From positions 41,974,001 to 42,038,000 of the forward strand of contig NC_043008.1 of assembly GCF_006345805.1 (NCBI RefSeq): a stretch of 64,000 bases of DNA. The letters run 5' to 3'. This document shows positions 47,186 to 61,953 of this stretch, piece by piece (the first letter of the stretch is position 1; each line of letters begins with the position of its first letter). Below the pieces are notes generated by a model that was given only the letters and a program-made list of their open reading frames with translations, made no database searches and was not told where the DNA came from. A program made the position numbers and the translations under genes. Source of the DNA: Octopus sinensis (lineage: Eukaryota).

Positions 47186-49459
47186 GTACTTACAGTCAGG
47201 GCTGGACCAATGAAGTAACATAGAACTCCTAGAAATAACAGCCAAATCTCACTCAAATTTCATGCTACCACTTTCAACTAAATAAATACATTTTATATAT
47301 CAGTCCCAGATATACGTAACCTTAACCACTTGTGAGATAATGTTGGCCGTAAAGTATTTTGCTATAGATCAGGTCAATCAAAGCTACTGACCTGGCGCTA
47401 AGTAAGAACAGACATACTTTATCTTTTAATGTTCTTATTATTATTACTATTACTTATTATTATTATTATTATTATTATTATATTATTATTATTATTATTC
47501 TAATACCCTAACCACTGAGCCACGCGCCTCCAATCAATAGTTAGCCAGATGCTGTCGTTATTTTCCTGGTTTAGTCTTATGTCAGATTTTATCAAACAGA
47601 AACACCTATGATCAATGTTAAATCCATCCGTGGCCAATCCGACTTTGAGGCATATCTATGATTATATCATCAAAGTCATTGTTTCTGTTCTCAGATATTA
47701 GCGATGTAATTTGAGGAAGGTCTGGCTGCTATTTTAGGCAGAGAGAACAGATTCGTAGAGGGATCCGCCCGCGAAAAAGAATCAGCTCAAAGAGTTTTGC
47801 CCTTTCTACAAATAAATTAAAATGCAGCAACAAAGCGAAACCGATTCTCGAATTCTTTTTGAACGATTTTTTAATCCGACTCTACATATTACCATTTCAG
47901 TCGGCACTGATAAGAATATGTTTATTGGTGAGGTCAAAACATGTCTACGCTTCCAGATTGATGCCAACCAATTCGTTGGAGACGATAAATTAGAAATTAC
48001 ATTACTCTGTGTATCGAAGTGAACCACAGTGACACAACGTGTTAAACTAACTGATTCAGCCATGACTTGGAATGCAAGATAACAGTGTCGGTGTTTATAG
48101 ATTGAACAGCTCAGTGTGATGACAAATAGTCTTGTCTCATTTAATAAATCTGTCAATATTTATATTTCTCTGAGATATTGTTATATTATTTGAATGCTTT
48201 CAATGCAAAGATGTGTTTGCTGTTATTCAATTGTTTGTATGTATGCGCACATATACACTTATATATAACGGGAAGCTTTATGAAAATAGACAAAATACGA
48301 AGGCAGGTTTACGGAAATAAACAAAAGACGAAGGCAGGTGGAGTACAAACAAACAATTGTATTAGTATGGCGCTCAGGAAATATAAATAAAACAAGTCTT
48401 TAACATTTCGAGCCTACGCTCTTCAACAGAAAGATACACAGAGAAAAAAAACACAGAAAGAAGGAGAGAAAAAAAATATATATATACATATACATATATG
48501 CATATGCATGTAGATATACATATATGCATATATGTACGTCTTTATATATTTTATATATTTATGTATTTACGTATATTTGTATTGGGCACTTGGGTACATA
48601 TGTATGGTATCTAGACTCATGAATCACCAAGGTCGGTTGTAATTCCGCTAATCTAGGTTACCTTTCAATGAGAGTGCTCTAAAACCTGTTGCAAATTAAT
48701 TAAGACTGACAAATGTCTGTGAAGTTAATGAACAAATGCAAAGAATTTGGAATACGGGGTTCTCTCCAAAAGGAATCCAAACTTAATATCTAAAAAGAAA
48801 ATCCTTATATTTACAACATAATAAAATATATGTCTTTCAAAATAGTTACACTCCAATCATCACTGATCATGCCCCCCCCCCAACTCTTTATTGTCATCTA
48901 ATTTGGGGACGTGCCCTACAACACGTTGCTAGAGATATTGTGCCGTTCTTATAACGAATTTTTCCAATCACTTCTCTTTAAAATCGTCGATCTTTCAATG
49001 TGAAATTCAACAAAAAATCAGAAGAGAAGACATCCTGAGAGAACTACTGTCATGGTCGGTCACAGAAATCGTTCTAAGTTTTGTCCAAAGGGTAAGGATA
49101 TGGAGTGGAATGTCAGCACAAAATGTCATTCGGGTTCTAATATGCCCGTTAAGAGATTCTTCATTTTCACTGCTACTCTCAATATTGAATAAAACTTATT
49201 ATATTCATCGACCAACAACAATATTCTGATTAGAAAAGAAGTTTTCTGTAACTTTTGCATTTACCCGATTCATCAGTGAAAATTATCGAAACCACTGCAC
49301 CATACAGACGTTCATAAATATACACATACATAGCAATAAATACTAGCGTCTATTGAACAGGTACACACACACATACACACACATACACACACACACACAC
49401 ATAAATACGCACACACACACATACGCACACATACACACACACACACACACACACGCACT

Positions 49460-49495
<36 letters not shown>

Positions 49496-50153
49496 TATAA
49501 TTAATTCAAGCAATTCATATCCTGATAAGGGATTATATAACCCTCGGCATTCCACTAGTTTAATCCATACCGTATAATGCGGCAGTCATTGGTATATGTT
49601 CAGGATCATTGATAATATCAATATTGAGGGAAACAATTGGATGTAATTACAAATGTATTTGCATGTTACAAAAGGATGACATTTTTTAAAAAATACTACA
49701 AAGAAATTGATTTTTTAAAAATGAAATAAGAATCTACATATATATTTCAGTCCTATCATAATTTAATATAGAGCTCTTGTAAATTAGGTAATTTTTTTTT
49801 TTTGAGGGAAGTATAGAGTTTTTGTGGGTTAAAATATAAAAGCTTTACGTTGAAAGTGTATTTGATGGATGGTTTTAAAATATTTCTGAATATACTATAT
49901 ACTATATACTATATATTATAATTTGAAAAGAGATATATAAATAAATAGATAAAAAAATATGCATAAAAATAAAAGTCAAGCTGAAGATAAAATAAACATG
50001 GCAGTAAAAACATTAAAACATAAAATAAAAAAATAATATTGAATAAAATATAATGAATATAATAAACTAAAATAGACTTAAAATAAAACCTATGGATTAT
50101 TCTTATTGGTTTGGTGAGAGATATATATATGACATGAGCATTATGGAGAATGT

Positions 50154-50198
50154 ATGGATATTTGAAAAACAGCTGATATAATGCATATGTAGTAAAAC
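50154..50198 (+). repeat. 45-bp exact direct repeat, copy 2
   Basis: Identical to 47141-47185. Confidence 0.9.
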
Positions 50199-50315
50199 TT
50201 ACTCACGAACCGTTTGGACACGTAAATGCATGTTTAAATGCAAATTTTAGATTAGAGGAATTAGACGTAGGGACAGTAAACACCGAAAAGAAATCGTGAA
50301 TATACGTCCAATTAA

Positions 50316-50427
<112 letters not shown>

Positions 50428-50862
50428 TGCAAACATATACATGTGTTCCTGTGTATGTATGTACGTATATACGTATGTACATATGAGGTTCATTTGCTGC
50501 CATATTTAACTTATTGGGCAAAAACTCAAACACGTAAAATCCCGATGATATTTGATAGAAAATTTTTCTTGAAAAACAAATTAAGTGGTTATTGCACATG
50601 GGTGGTGGAGCGTAGGAAACCTGAGAGGGGGAGAGAGAGGGAGGGAGGTAAACAAAAAAGAAGGAAAGAAAGAAAGAGAGAAAGAAAGAAAGAAAGAAAA
50701 AAGGAAAGTGAGTGACGAGAAGAAACTGAAAGTCTGTTGGAAATAAAGACAGAGATATAGACATGAGTATGAGATTAAGGAACCGATTTTTCAACACCAT
50801 GGATTCTTATGACAGTTTTACCTGTACAGAACAGGTGCAAAATTCTGTCGTATATGCATATG

Positions 50863-50909
<47 letters not shown>

Positions 50910-50954
50910 TACATATATATATGCGCATATGTATATGCGTCTCTTCAAGTATTT

Positions 50955-51160
50955 GTTACCATAGCACTGTGTTTGATAACCGGAATTGGTTTGTTTATGT
51001 CTCCATACTGTAGCGGTTCAACATGAGAAGAGAACGATAGAACAAGTACCAGAGTGTAAAAAAAAGTAGATATTGGAGTCGAATTGATCGATTCCACTCT
51101 TCCAGGCCTTTACTCCAGCATGGCCACAGTACCGTGACTGAAACAAGTAAAAGAAAAATA
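50955..51160 (+). mobile_element. SINE family B 3' fragment
   Basis: CTCCAGCATGGCCACAGT..GACTGAAACAAGTAAAAGA shared with 54160-54362 and 61624-61953. Confidence 0.65.
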
Positions 51161-51394
51161 GAAGAAAGAACAGAGACAGGCAAGCAGACGGACAGACAGA
51201 CTCACAGACAGACAGGCGGAAAGATAGGCAGTCCGACATCCAGACAGACACACAGACAAGTATATATTGTTGCGATTTTTAGTCACAGATAAACGAGGAC
51301 AATCTGCCCAGATTCCAATCAGCGAGTTTTTGATTTATGGTCGGAATTGCGGTCGATAAATATTCATTAAAGTGAGTGCGTTCATCCTAAGAAA

Positions 51395-51436
51395 TAGGCT
51401 AGTAGTATTAGTAGTAGTAGTAGTAGTAGTAAGTAT

Positions 51437-51481
<45 letters not shown>

Positions 51482-51685
51482 CAGGAGCAGTAGTGGTAGT
51501 AGTATTGTTATGTTTTATTACTGTTATAGACGTCATCATCATCATCAATATTATAGTCAGCATTGTTATTTTTGTTGTTTTTGTTACTATCATCATCATC
51601 ACCATTATTATTATTATTATTATTAATAATATTATTATTATTATTATTATATTTGTAGTAGTAGTAGTAGTACTTGTAGTAGTGT

Positions 51686-51716
<31 letters not shown>

Positions 51717-51720
51717 GGAT
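51395..51720. repeat. (AGT)n/(ATC)n/(ATT)n/(ACT)n trinucleotide mosaic
   Basis: Directly visible. Confidence 0.95.
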
Positions 51721-52199
51721 ATTGTATACTTATGCTTTGTGTTATTTGTATTGCTGTTGTTCCGCTGTAATGGCGGCAGCAGCGTTGTAACGCACAGCCA
51801 ATGGGATTCTCCCCAATGAAGAACGACATACTGAGAGCGGAAACGTATTCCACCCCACCATGGCTGTATGTAATATAACAGACCAATGAAATCGACGGAC
51901 AGAGCACAGCACATTGCGCACAATGGGTTAACTCAAGATAATATGCTTGTATTGTGTTTAGTTCGATAATTCACTCAATGCCAACTTAAAACTTCCACAG
52001 ATAGAAAAATGAACGGAAGGACGGTGGGAATAAATATGTGCAACACAGCAGACATGTTTTCGAATAAAGTATTTCTTATATAATTCAATTGAGTTTGCCG
52101 AAGGAAATAAGAATTATAGAGACAATGTTCTATGGAGTGTTTTATCTCATATTATCCCCTCCGTTTTCTCTCAATCAATGTATCCATTACCTATACGTA

Positions 52200-52621
52200 T
52201 ACATATGCACATTCATTTCTTTATATATATACATATATATATATATAGATATAGATAGATAGATAGATAGGTAGATAGATAGATAGATATAGATAGATAG
52301 ATAGATAGAGATATGTATATGTATATATATATATATAATATATATAATTTATAATATATAATATATTAATTTATTATATATATAATATATAGAATTATAT
52401 ATATATATATATATATAATATATATTATATATATTTTAATTATAATATATATAATTATTATATATATATATAATATATTAATATATATATATGTTTTTAT
52501 ATATATATATATATAATTTATTATATATATATATATATAGGAACTGAACATGTTATAATGTATATATAAAACTAAAAATTGTGTAATACAGCAGCATTTT
52601 CGAACTTCATTTTTACAAATA

Positions 52622-52676
<55 letters not shown>

Positions 52677-52700
52677 ATCATATATAATATATATATATGT
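52200..52700. repeat. (GATA)n and long degenerate (AT)n
   Basis: Directly visible. Confidence 0.95.
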
Positions 52701-53277
52701 ACTAAGCACACATACACACACGCGCAGCTGGAGGCACTCGATAGAAAACATCGCAGTGCAAACCCGCGCACTTCATAAAGAAGGAAACTTTAATTCCTTA
52801 ATAGCACATTTAACAAGACATTCATCACAACAACCTCACCCGTTAGCACACAGCTGGTCACATTCCAAACATATTGAAAGGATATTCAATACAATACACA
52901 CCCACGCACATACACGAACTCTTAGCTGGGCATGAAGTCCATTTAATAAATGCTTTTAAGCCACTCCCTCAGCAGGAACCTACAAAGATATTTTAGGTAA
53001 TATACAACTGCACCACCTCCCTTCCTTTCTTATACCTTGAACTTTATATCAAACTATATCTAAAGACGACTTCAGCGTAAAAACTCCAGGTATGATCTGA
53101 CCACCCAGCAGAAGAGTGACACAAACTGATTTTACTTTACATTTTTATTAATATTTCAAATCTTAAAACTCATCATTGAAACTGGTAATATTTTCTATAT
53201 ATATTCTTTAAATCATTTTATTAAAGACTTTCTAAATTGAAATTCTTAGATTTACTTCTGTACTGTTCCACCCCCAT

Positions 53278-53314
<37 letters not shown>

Positions 53315-53589
53315 TATAAATTTGGTTCTATAAATGATATACGTGCATATAATACATATATATATATATATGTGTGTGTGGGTTATGTATGTGTGTGTGT
53401 GTGCATAGTATATATATATATGTGCATATATATAACATACATAGATACATATAATATATAGTTATATATATGATATATGTGTGTGTATAAATGTGCACAA
53501 CTAGCACACTCCACACGCTTGAAGTATTGCTTTACTGGAAGCACAAATCTAACGTAATATTCGACCGTCTTGATGCACAATAATCCTTT

Positions 53590-53900
53590 AACATAAAAAA
53601 TAAATGTGTTATATTCACCTTGGGAGCAGAATTTAAAGTAGAGTCAAACGGCAAGTGTCTTTAACTCCTTCTCTACTGCAGTGACCCTCAGTAAGTGGTT
53701 GTTGTCATCCAGAGAAGCAAATAAACGCCATCCTTGAAATATGTGGACGATGCCAAATTAGGGGTGTAAAGTCCACTGATTTTCCAATTGTACATTTCAG
53801 GTTTCTTGGTTAATCCCTAACTTCAGTGTCTCGTCCAAGACGAAAATATTCCACGACATCACCATCCTGTTGAATCTGTTTCTAATTTCAGGCACGGCAT
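53590..53900 (-). mobile_element. Possible decayed mariner transposase remnant
   Basis: Minus-strand EMYNWKISGLYTPNLASSTYFKDGVYLL resembles mariner W..LPHPPYSPDLAPSDY and the C-terminal F..GI..L, internally deleted. Confidence 0.35.
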
Positions 53901-54159
53901 ATTTATGACTATAATTTAATATTTCCTCTGTGTGTGTTGTATTTATATAGGTGTGTATACATGTTTATAAAAAAGAGAAACCGCGGACGTTATCAGAATT
54001 TTCGACACCAAATCCTTCTTAGAGTATCTGCATACTGCTATTCAGTCTTATTAGTAGTAATAATGAAGTCAACTCATACAGTAATAGTTTGAGATCATTT
54101 AATACGCACCTTTGCAAGTTTGTAATATATATAAAATAATAATGCAAATCTGAGGCGTA

Positions 54160-54362
54160 CGTGTGTGTGTGTGCGTGTGTGTGTGTGTGCGTGTGTGTGT
54201 GCGTGTGTGATTGTCGTACTCGTCATCACCTAACAACCTATGCTAGTGTGTTTACGTCCTCGTAACTTAGCAAGACGAATAGAGTAAGTACTAACGCTCT
54301 TTCAGGTGGTGCTACAGCATGGCCGCAGTCAAATGACTGAAACAAGTACAAGAATAAAAGAA
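54160..54362 (+). mobile_element. SINE family B 3' fragment
   Basis: GTGTGTTTACGTCCTCGTAACTTAGC..CAGCATGGCCGCAGTCAAATGACTGAAACAAGTACAAGAATAAAAGA. Confidence 0.7.
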
Positions 54363-55193
54363 CATCACCCCCACACACATTTCTGTAATCGAGAAAAGAT
54401 AATTCCCGATGCAGTCGACGAAATATCTTAGTTAATTTTCTAGGATAGAATGAAACCCTTATCAAAAGCCTTACAGCCATGACTTTTCTCTGTTTTATTT
54501 ACTTTTGTACCTTCTTTCGTGGGTTTGCTTTTACTCATTCATTTTTATTTTATTTTAGTAAATATGTAAAAATCTGACGTGGACGTGTATTCTTTAAAAT
54601 GAAAGACATTCTCGTTGCTCTTTCAAGAATTTCTCGCAACCACGTAGAGACGGTTGACTCTTGCTCTTGATCACGTCGGCGTGATCTAACAATAGAAAAT
54701 TAAAGGGTTTCTAACTAATTAATGATATGTCATTTAGTGCGGCACTACTCTCCTTTCTGACATTTAACTGAAAATTCGATTGAAGCTACAAATGAAGGAA
54801 TTAATAGAAAAGCACGTGGTAAAAATTACAAAAATCAACATGTTTAAATGGGCGATAAAACAATTTTTTCTTGCTTTTTATCTCTGTGTGAGAAATGGTA
54901 AATGAAGTTGTATCATGGGAACTGTTATAACAATGCTCGCTTGTAGAAAAGTTGTGATAACCAGTAATGAGAGAAAGAAAAAGTAGTACTGTAAAATCAG
55001 AAAGTGGTAAGGTGTAAATATAGATTTTTGTAAAATACCGGCGAGGATATCGATTTGTGATAAATTCTTTTCTCTTCGTGGTTAGAAAATGGACGAATTT
55101 GAAGCCTACAGCTTTTGTCATCTAATAATGAAAGAGGCTTGAAATAATCGTTCACCGCGATCTTCTAGAAATAACTCTTTTTCAGAAACACCC

Positions 55194-55232
<39 letters not shown>

Positions 55233-55369
55233 ACACACACACCACACACCCAACACACACAACATATATATTATATATGGTAGGTACATCGACATACACA
55301 GACAAGCATGCAATAACATAACTGCGTGATTGTGTGTGTGTATCTGTCAGTATCTGTTTGTATACAAAT

Positions 55370-55393
55370 ACATATGTGTATATATATTATATA

Positions 55394-55427
<34 letters not shown>

Positions 55428-55570
55428 CTATATATATTATATATAAACACACAGATATATATATATCTATTATATATATATACATATATATATATATAGA
55501 TATATATTGCAAGAAATAAAGGCATACATAATCTCAAACCATTATATATGCAACTACATATATATACGAA

Positions 55571-55612
<42 letters not shown>
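55370..55612. repeat. (AT)n tracts
   Basis: Directly visible. Confidence 0.9.
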
Positions 55613-55615
<3 letters not shown>

Positions 55616-56440
55616 GCAAACAATATCCCTTTATACACACATACTTACAGACAGGCGGACAGGCAGGCATAAATATACGCACAAATATGTGTGTAGATGT
55701 TTCAGTACATATGATGGAGTTTCTGCGTGTAAGGATATCCAACCGAAGCAAGTATGTTTGTTTGTATGAATGTTCACGTGCGTTTGCTTCTGTAGGTAGA
55801 TGTGTGTCAACCGACACGTATGTATAAGAATATTTACCTCAATCCAATTACTGCTGATCTACGTCTACCTACATATAGAGAGATTCATATTAAACAGCCA
55901 TATATTTATATATGATAATGAATATAGAGTACACGTGATTGCCTGCGTTCTTGTTTAGTCATTCTCTTGTGTCGTATTATGACATTTCCGGATATTCTAC
56001 AGATTGTACAATATCAGCGGTAAGCGCTAAGGCTTCCATTCTGGCGCATCTCCGTCAGTGATGTGGACAGTTCTTTTAGTTAAAGCTAAAGCTTTGAATC
56101 TACCCAGGGTTACCTTTCTTCGGTATTTCCCATTCAAAAGTCTAAAGAGCCTGAAATGCGCTTCTGGAAACTTGCTAGAGAAGAGCACTGGCGATATGTT
56201 ATTTTTTTTTATACCTTTTACCGTAAGGGAGAATTTTTTCTTCACGATAAATGTAGAGTAGTTGCGTTTAGGAGTTGAAAGATGTCACAAATGTATTTTA
56301 ACTAACTTTAAGCTCATTTATTCCCAACAATCACTGTTTCCAACAATCCCAACAATCACTGCTGCTACACACACTCACACACATAGTTATATGGATATAT
56401 ATGTATATATTTATCATATAAACATAGATGTGTGTATATG

Positions 56441-56497
<57 letters not shown>

Positions 56498-56637
56498 TAT
56501 ATAATATATATATAAATATAGACGTGTAAATATATATATTTCAGGCAACCTTATTTTTAGTTGTAAAAAATGATTACCTTTGTATGGTATTTATTCCCAT
56601 GCTGGCCACCTAATATTGATATTATCCTTATTTATAA

Positions 56638-56677
<40 letters not shown>

Positions 56678-57119
56678 ACTAACAGACTCACGTACAATCA
56701 TTCTATTTTATGACTAGTTTCCAGAGATATAATAATATAGCTTTGTGTATTGCCCTCAGCAGTTCGCATATCTACATCTATGCAACCCCTGTCAAAGTCG
56801 CCGTTGCTGCTTCCAGAAAACTTTGTTACTACGCGTGTTGCCTTTCAGATGTATGTAACACACTCAGTAAAAGAACTTTGATGAATATAGAATTTTAGTT
56901 TTATTATTCTGAGACAGATACAATGTCACTGTGATATTTCTGAAGGCTTTGTACTTCGGAACTAAAGCCATCGCCATCAATGCCCTCACTCACAATCACT
57001 CATGGCATAAACTTTGGGTGTCTCTTAGTCAAAAGACAGACCAGCCCTCACCATATGTTCGTATGTAAATACATTTCATGGAACAAAAATAATTGCTAGC
57101 AACACCTTTGAAAATCCAG

Positions 57120-57176
57120 TGCGTACATATCTATCTATCTATCTATATATATATATCTATCTCTATACACACACAC

Positions 57177-57226
<50 letters not shown>

Positions 57227-57245
57227 CATATACATATATATATAG

Positions 57246-57280
<35 letters not shown>

Positions 57281-57420
57281 AGTAAATATAATATATATAT
57301 ATAAGAAATATATATATATACATTTATATATGTGTGATATATATGTGTATATATATGAATATTCATATGCATGTATATATATACGTATATATACATAAGT
57401 TATATATATATATATATATA
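57120..57420. repeat. (AT)n/(AC)n/(GT)n
   Basis: Directly visible. Confidence 0.9.
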
Positions 57421-57539
57421 TCGTTGTTCATTTATATGAATCGGGTGTCTTTTACTTTGTTTAGAAAGGGAGGGCGACAAATATTTTTGAGGAGAAAGAG
57501 AGAAAGAAAAGAAAAGAGGTAGGGATAAACTAGGCAGAG

Positions 57540-57549
57540 AGAAAGAGAT

Positions 57550-57597
<48 letters not shown>

Positions 57598-57664
57598 AGA
57601 GAGTTTTCAGAACTGTCAAGAAAGTGGAAAAAAGGCTAATAAAGGATAAGAAAATCATAGATCA

Positions 57665-57760
<96 letters not shown>

Positions 57761-57785
57761 GTAGATAGATAGATAAACAGATAGA
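57540..57785. repeat. (GA)n and long (GATA)n
   Basis: Directly visible. Confidence 0.95.
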
Positions 57786-57900
57786 TGGACAAGGAACCGT
57801 TCTTTCTTTACTAATTTGGTTTTGTCTTAACGAGTTCGGTGAACGAACGAAAGCGCTATAAAGAATTATACAAAATGTTGATGACTCCTTGTTACTATAT

Positions 57901-57939
<39 letters not shown>

Positions 57940-57942
57940 TGT

Positions 57943-57983
<41 letters not shown>

Positions 57984-58517
57984 CACATGTGTGTATGTAT
58001 GTATGTATGTATATGTATGTATATTTCTGTATATATGTATGTACGTCTGTATGTAGTACAAGTATAGATGTACATCGAAGGGAGATGGTTGATAAGTTTG
58101 CAGTTTGCAGATTAGACATCAAGTGACATAGTTCTTTTACGTTTCGTTTAGTTGTTATCTGTATTACAACGGTGATATGGCCGTACCTGCAGAGCACACA
58201 TTACAAGCAAGAAGATGAAAAACAACCAGGAAAGTTTCTCTTACACGTGAATATTAACGCAGTAGAGAGGATCATCCTATTGATCGATATGTATCGATTA
58301 TGGAAGCATTCTATGACCAAAAGAAGAGGCAATGACCGAATCACCTAGTTGTTTCCACTGTTAACTCTCTAAACACACTTAAATGCACGTATGTGTATAT
58401 GCATGTATATATTTAATATATATCAATGAATTCCTTCGTGAATTAAATTTATCATAGCGACATATAGTGCATATATGTATACATGTAAATATATGTATGT
58501 ATGTATGTATGTATGTA

Positions 58518-58549
<32 letters not shown>

Positions 58550-58610
58550 TATTATATATATATATATGTATGTATGTATATGTATATATATATGTACATA
58601 TATATATATA

Positions 58611-58722
58611 TCACCGTGACCGACCAGGCTATCAGATGTTTCTAAACATCGCTGGTCACTATGCGCTTCGCATTGTTTTAGTCTTCAAATGACGCCACCC
58701 CGCTGGCTAAGTGATAGGCCAG
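58611..58722 (-). mobile_element. SINE family C, 5'-truncated copy inserted in (AT)n
   Basis: TCACCGTGACCGACCAGGCTATCAGATG..GACGCCACCCCGCTGGCT matches ~182-300; (AT)n on both sides. Confidence 0.8.
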
Positions 58723-58740
58723 TATATATATATATTATAT

Positions 58741-58788
<48 letters not shown>

Positions 58789-59594
58789 ATATATACATAC
58801 ATACATATATACGTGTGTGTGTGTATCTATCTATATGCAAATAGCGAAGTCTCATGTAACATATTTTTTGCTGTAATCTTGGAATGAAATGCTTTTGATT
58901 TACTGTCAGGTGACTTTTAGCCAACTCTCTCTCTCTATATATATATATACTCACATGTAGATTACTCCCCTTGCCTTCCAAATTTTGATTCTGTAACTGT
59001 GAGCTTTGTTACTCTAAGTTTATTTTCAATTAATTATATATTCAGGTAAAATGTGATCCGGCTCCATCCTTTACAGGCTGTGTATTGAGGACTACATTCC
59101 TGGGGAGGCATCTCACCGCCTACGTCTTGTTAACTATATGCAGCAATGCACGAACGCCACTACACACGACCCAGCCGTTATTACACCAGCAGAAAATAGT
59201 AGGCGAACACCTTTAAATCACATCGTACTAAGATACTCATCGATAGACTGAGCCACATAAACAATAAAAGATTGGTTTGCCACGGCTAGGGAGTCTTTGA
59301 TCACGAATTTACTTGATTAAGATTGACCTGATGTTAACCAAAATCAGATGCGGCAACAATAACAACAAAAACAATATCAACAACGACCATCTTTTTGTTG
59401 TTTTGTTACAATTCAATCATTATTGCATAGAAAATGGACGGAAGATCACTTGTCAAGTTTTCCTCCTCAAGCTGTGAAAGGTTATCAGAAAATATTCGTT
59501 TCATTCCCTTTGTAAATCTTTGGAATTTAATTAGTCTTTAGGATTACCACGTTTCCTCACTTATTTCAATTGTAACAAAACATGCTTGATATTG

Positions 59595-59604
59595 CCCCCA
59601 AATA

Positions 59605-59657
<53 letters not shown>

Positions 59658-59870
59658 CATCATTATTACTGTTATTTTTTATATTATTATTATTTTATTT
59701 ATTTAACTAATTGAAATTTGTTTTTAAATAATTTTTTCACAAATATTTTTCTTTACATCCTCTGTTCCTTCAACTCTCTCTATTTTTCTCTGTCTCTCTC
59801 TTTCTCTCTTTCTCTCTCTCTCTCTATTTCTCTCTTTCTCTTTCTCTCTCTTTCTCTCTATCTCTCTATA
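59595..59870. repeat. (ATT)n and (CT)n tracts
   Basis: Directly visible. Confidence 0.85.
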
Positions 59871-61623
59871 TATTTACACCTCTATTATTTTATCTTCTCA
59901 TTTCCTTCTCCCTTTAATTGCTCTCCCCAACTTTATCTAGCTATCTATCTGCCCTTTTATTTCTCAACCTCTTCTGTCTCCTTTCTTTCTTTCTTTCTTT
60001 CTTTCCTGCTATTTGTCCTCGGGGTTAAATCTAACCAGGAAAAAAAAAGATTAGAAATCATTTTTGTTTGTTCCGACATTCTTTTGAAAAGCTTCTAGAA
60101 TAAAAGTTTAATTATTTCTACACTTTAAACAAACGAAATTTACACACACACACAAATATGCACACACACTCTCCTCATACACACATACATGCATTCACAC
60201 ATGCAGCATAGACGTACGAACGTGCACAAGCTCCAACACAGACACGCAACATACCTGCCGACATATATATATATATATATGCGCATGTGTACGTGTAATA
60301 AGACGCTTCTAAAAGGATTACTTGAATTCCGTGTTCAAACTTAATAAACATAATCACATATTTGGTTTGGAGGACAAACGTGAGGTTAATTATACAGTCT
60401 GATTGTGACAGAGGAGAATTAAGCACGAAATTTATACGAATTGAAAGGCCTTGAGCTCAAAACAAATTCAGGAGTTCTTTTGTGTAATTATATCAGCAAA
60501 TTGATCACTTGACGCTTTGCCCTCCCATTCTGCTCACTGTCCGGAATAAGTTACGTAACTTCTGCTGGGCATATCACATTAAAGTGCCAGCCACTTAAAT
60601 GAAAGTCGTCAACCTTCGAACATCATCAAGATATAACCATCATGGCTGGCATTAATTCTCAGAATTTTGGAGAATAAAGTGCAGTAAGTTGATAAGAATA
60701 GCTATAAAGAGTCACGTCAGAAGAATAGAAATAGAAGTGAAATTACGTTATGGGGTGGTGGAATTGATTGGTTGTTAAAAGCTACTCAGAGTTATATTCT
60801 TCATTTAAAACAGAATTAATTATTAGCATAGTTAATGCAATGAACAGAAATAGTTTTTTTATTGACTAAAATTTCATTCCCCCTGAAGAGTAAACATCAT
60901 TAAATTCAATTAATAATTCTAATCATTTTCTCCTCATTACAAGTGTAATTGAAATTAATTAAACAGTTTTTGGCTCACTACGTTAATATTCGGCATCTTT
61001 TAACCCTATCGTTTATATGGAATTTACATTTCATTTCAAAGTCTTCAGTTTCATATACGAAAGTCACGAAATATTTGTTAATCAGTAAAGTAAATATCTA
61101 GAAAAACGTCCAAATATGTACGGTGATACCTCGCAGTATGAGTTTAGTTCCTTCCTAGACCGAGCTCGTCTTACGATTTACTCGTTTTACAAATCAAGTT
61201 TTATCCCTTGTTAGTTATTGTTAGTTAATTTATATATATTAGCTAATTTAACTAACATATAATTAATATGTTCCAGCCTCCCCAAAAACCACTTGAAGAT
61301 AATTTTTTTATGTGTTTTAAAACAGAATAGGTGTAGTTACAAGTAAAATTACAATTATTAAAAAAGATAATGCAAAAAAATATGTAAACTGGTTATATTA
61401 ACTGAATTACCTTAAAGATGGGACGATTTGTGTGCTCGTACTACACATTTCTGCTCATACTTCAAGACAAAAATTCGCATGAGTCTCGGTTCGTACAGCA
61501 AATTACTCGTACAACGGGGCTCTCGTACTGCGAGGTTATACTGGATAAAGTCTATTATTATATAATCTATATAATACAATTAATATTTTTCTCAACTCGA
61601 GAGGTCGCTGTTCGAACTTTATC

Positions 61624-61953
61624 TGGCTATGTGGTAAGAAGTTTGCTTCCCAACCACATGGTTCCCGGTTCACTCCTACTGCGTGGCATCTACTATAGCT
61701 TCGAGTTGACCAAAGACTTATCAGCGGTTTTGATAGATGGAAACTGAAAACCCATCCTGCGCGCGCGTGCATGTGTGTGTTTTGTCTGTGCTTGTCGCAC
61801 ACCACCGCTTAGCAACTGGCGTTAATGTGTTTACGTACCTGTAACCAAGCGGTTCGGCAAAAGCGATTTTAAAAAATGATTAAGATTCATTCGACTGAAC
61901 GTTCTTCTAGGCGATGCCACAGCATGGTCGCAATCTAATTACTGGAACAAATA
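61624..61953 (+). mobile_element. tRNA-derived SINE family B, near full length
   Basis: TGGCTATGTGGTAAG (A-box-like), GGTTCACTCC (B-box-like), internal (GT)n, and a 3' part shared with two other copies in the window. Confidence 0.75.

Noticed and set aside
49518-49555. CTGATAA GGG..CCC hammerhead-like match
   Set aside because: Core mismatch and no GAAA.
56005-56261. Short ORFs and a possible 17-nt micro-exon (CAG|ATTG..GCG|GTAAGC)
   Set aside because: Weak polypyrimidine tract, no partner exon, no motif.
59047-59250. Possible terminal exon with AATAAA
   Set aside because: The AG|GT site is ambiguous and the peptide is unrecognisable; signals are at chance level in AT-rich DNA.
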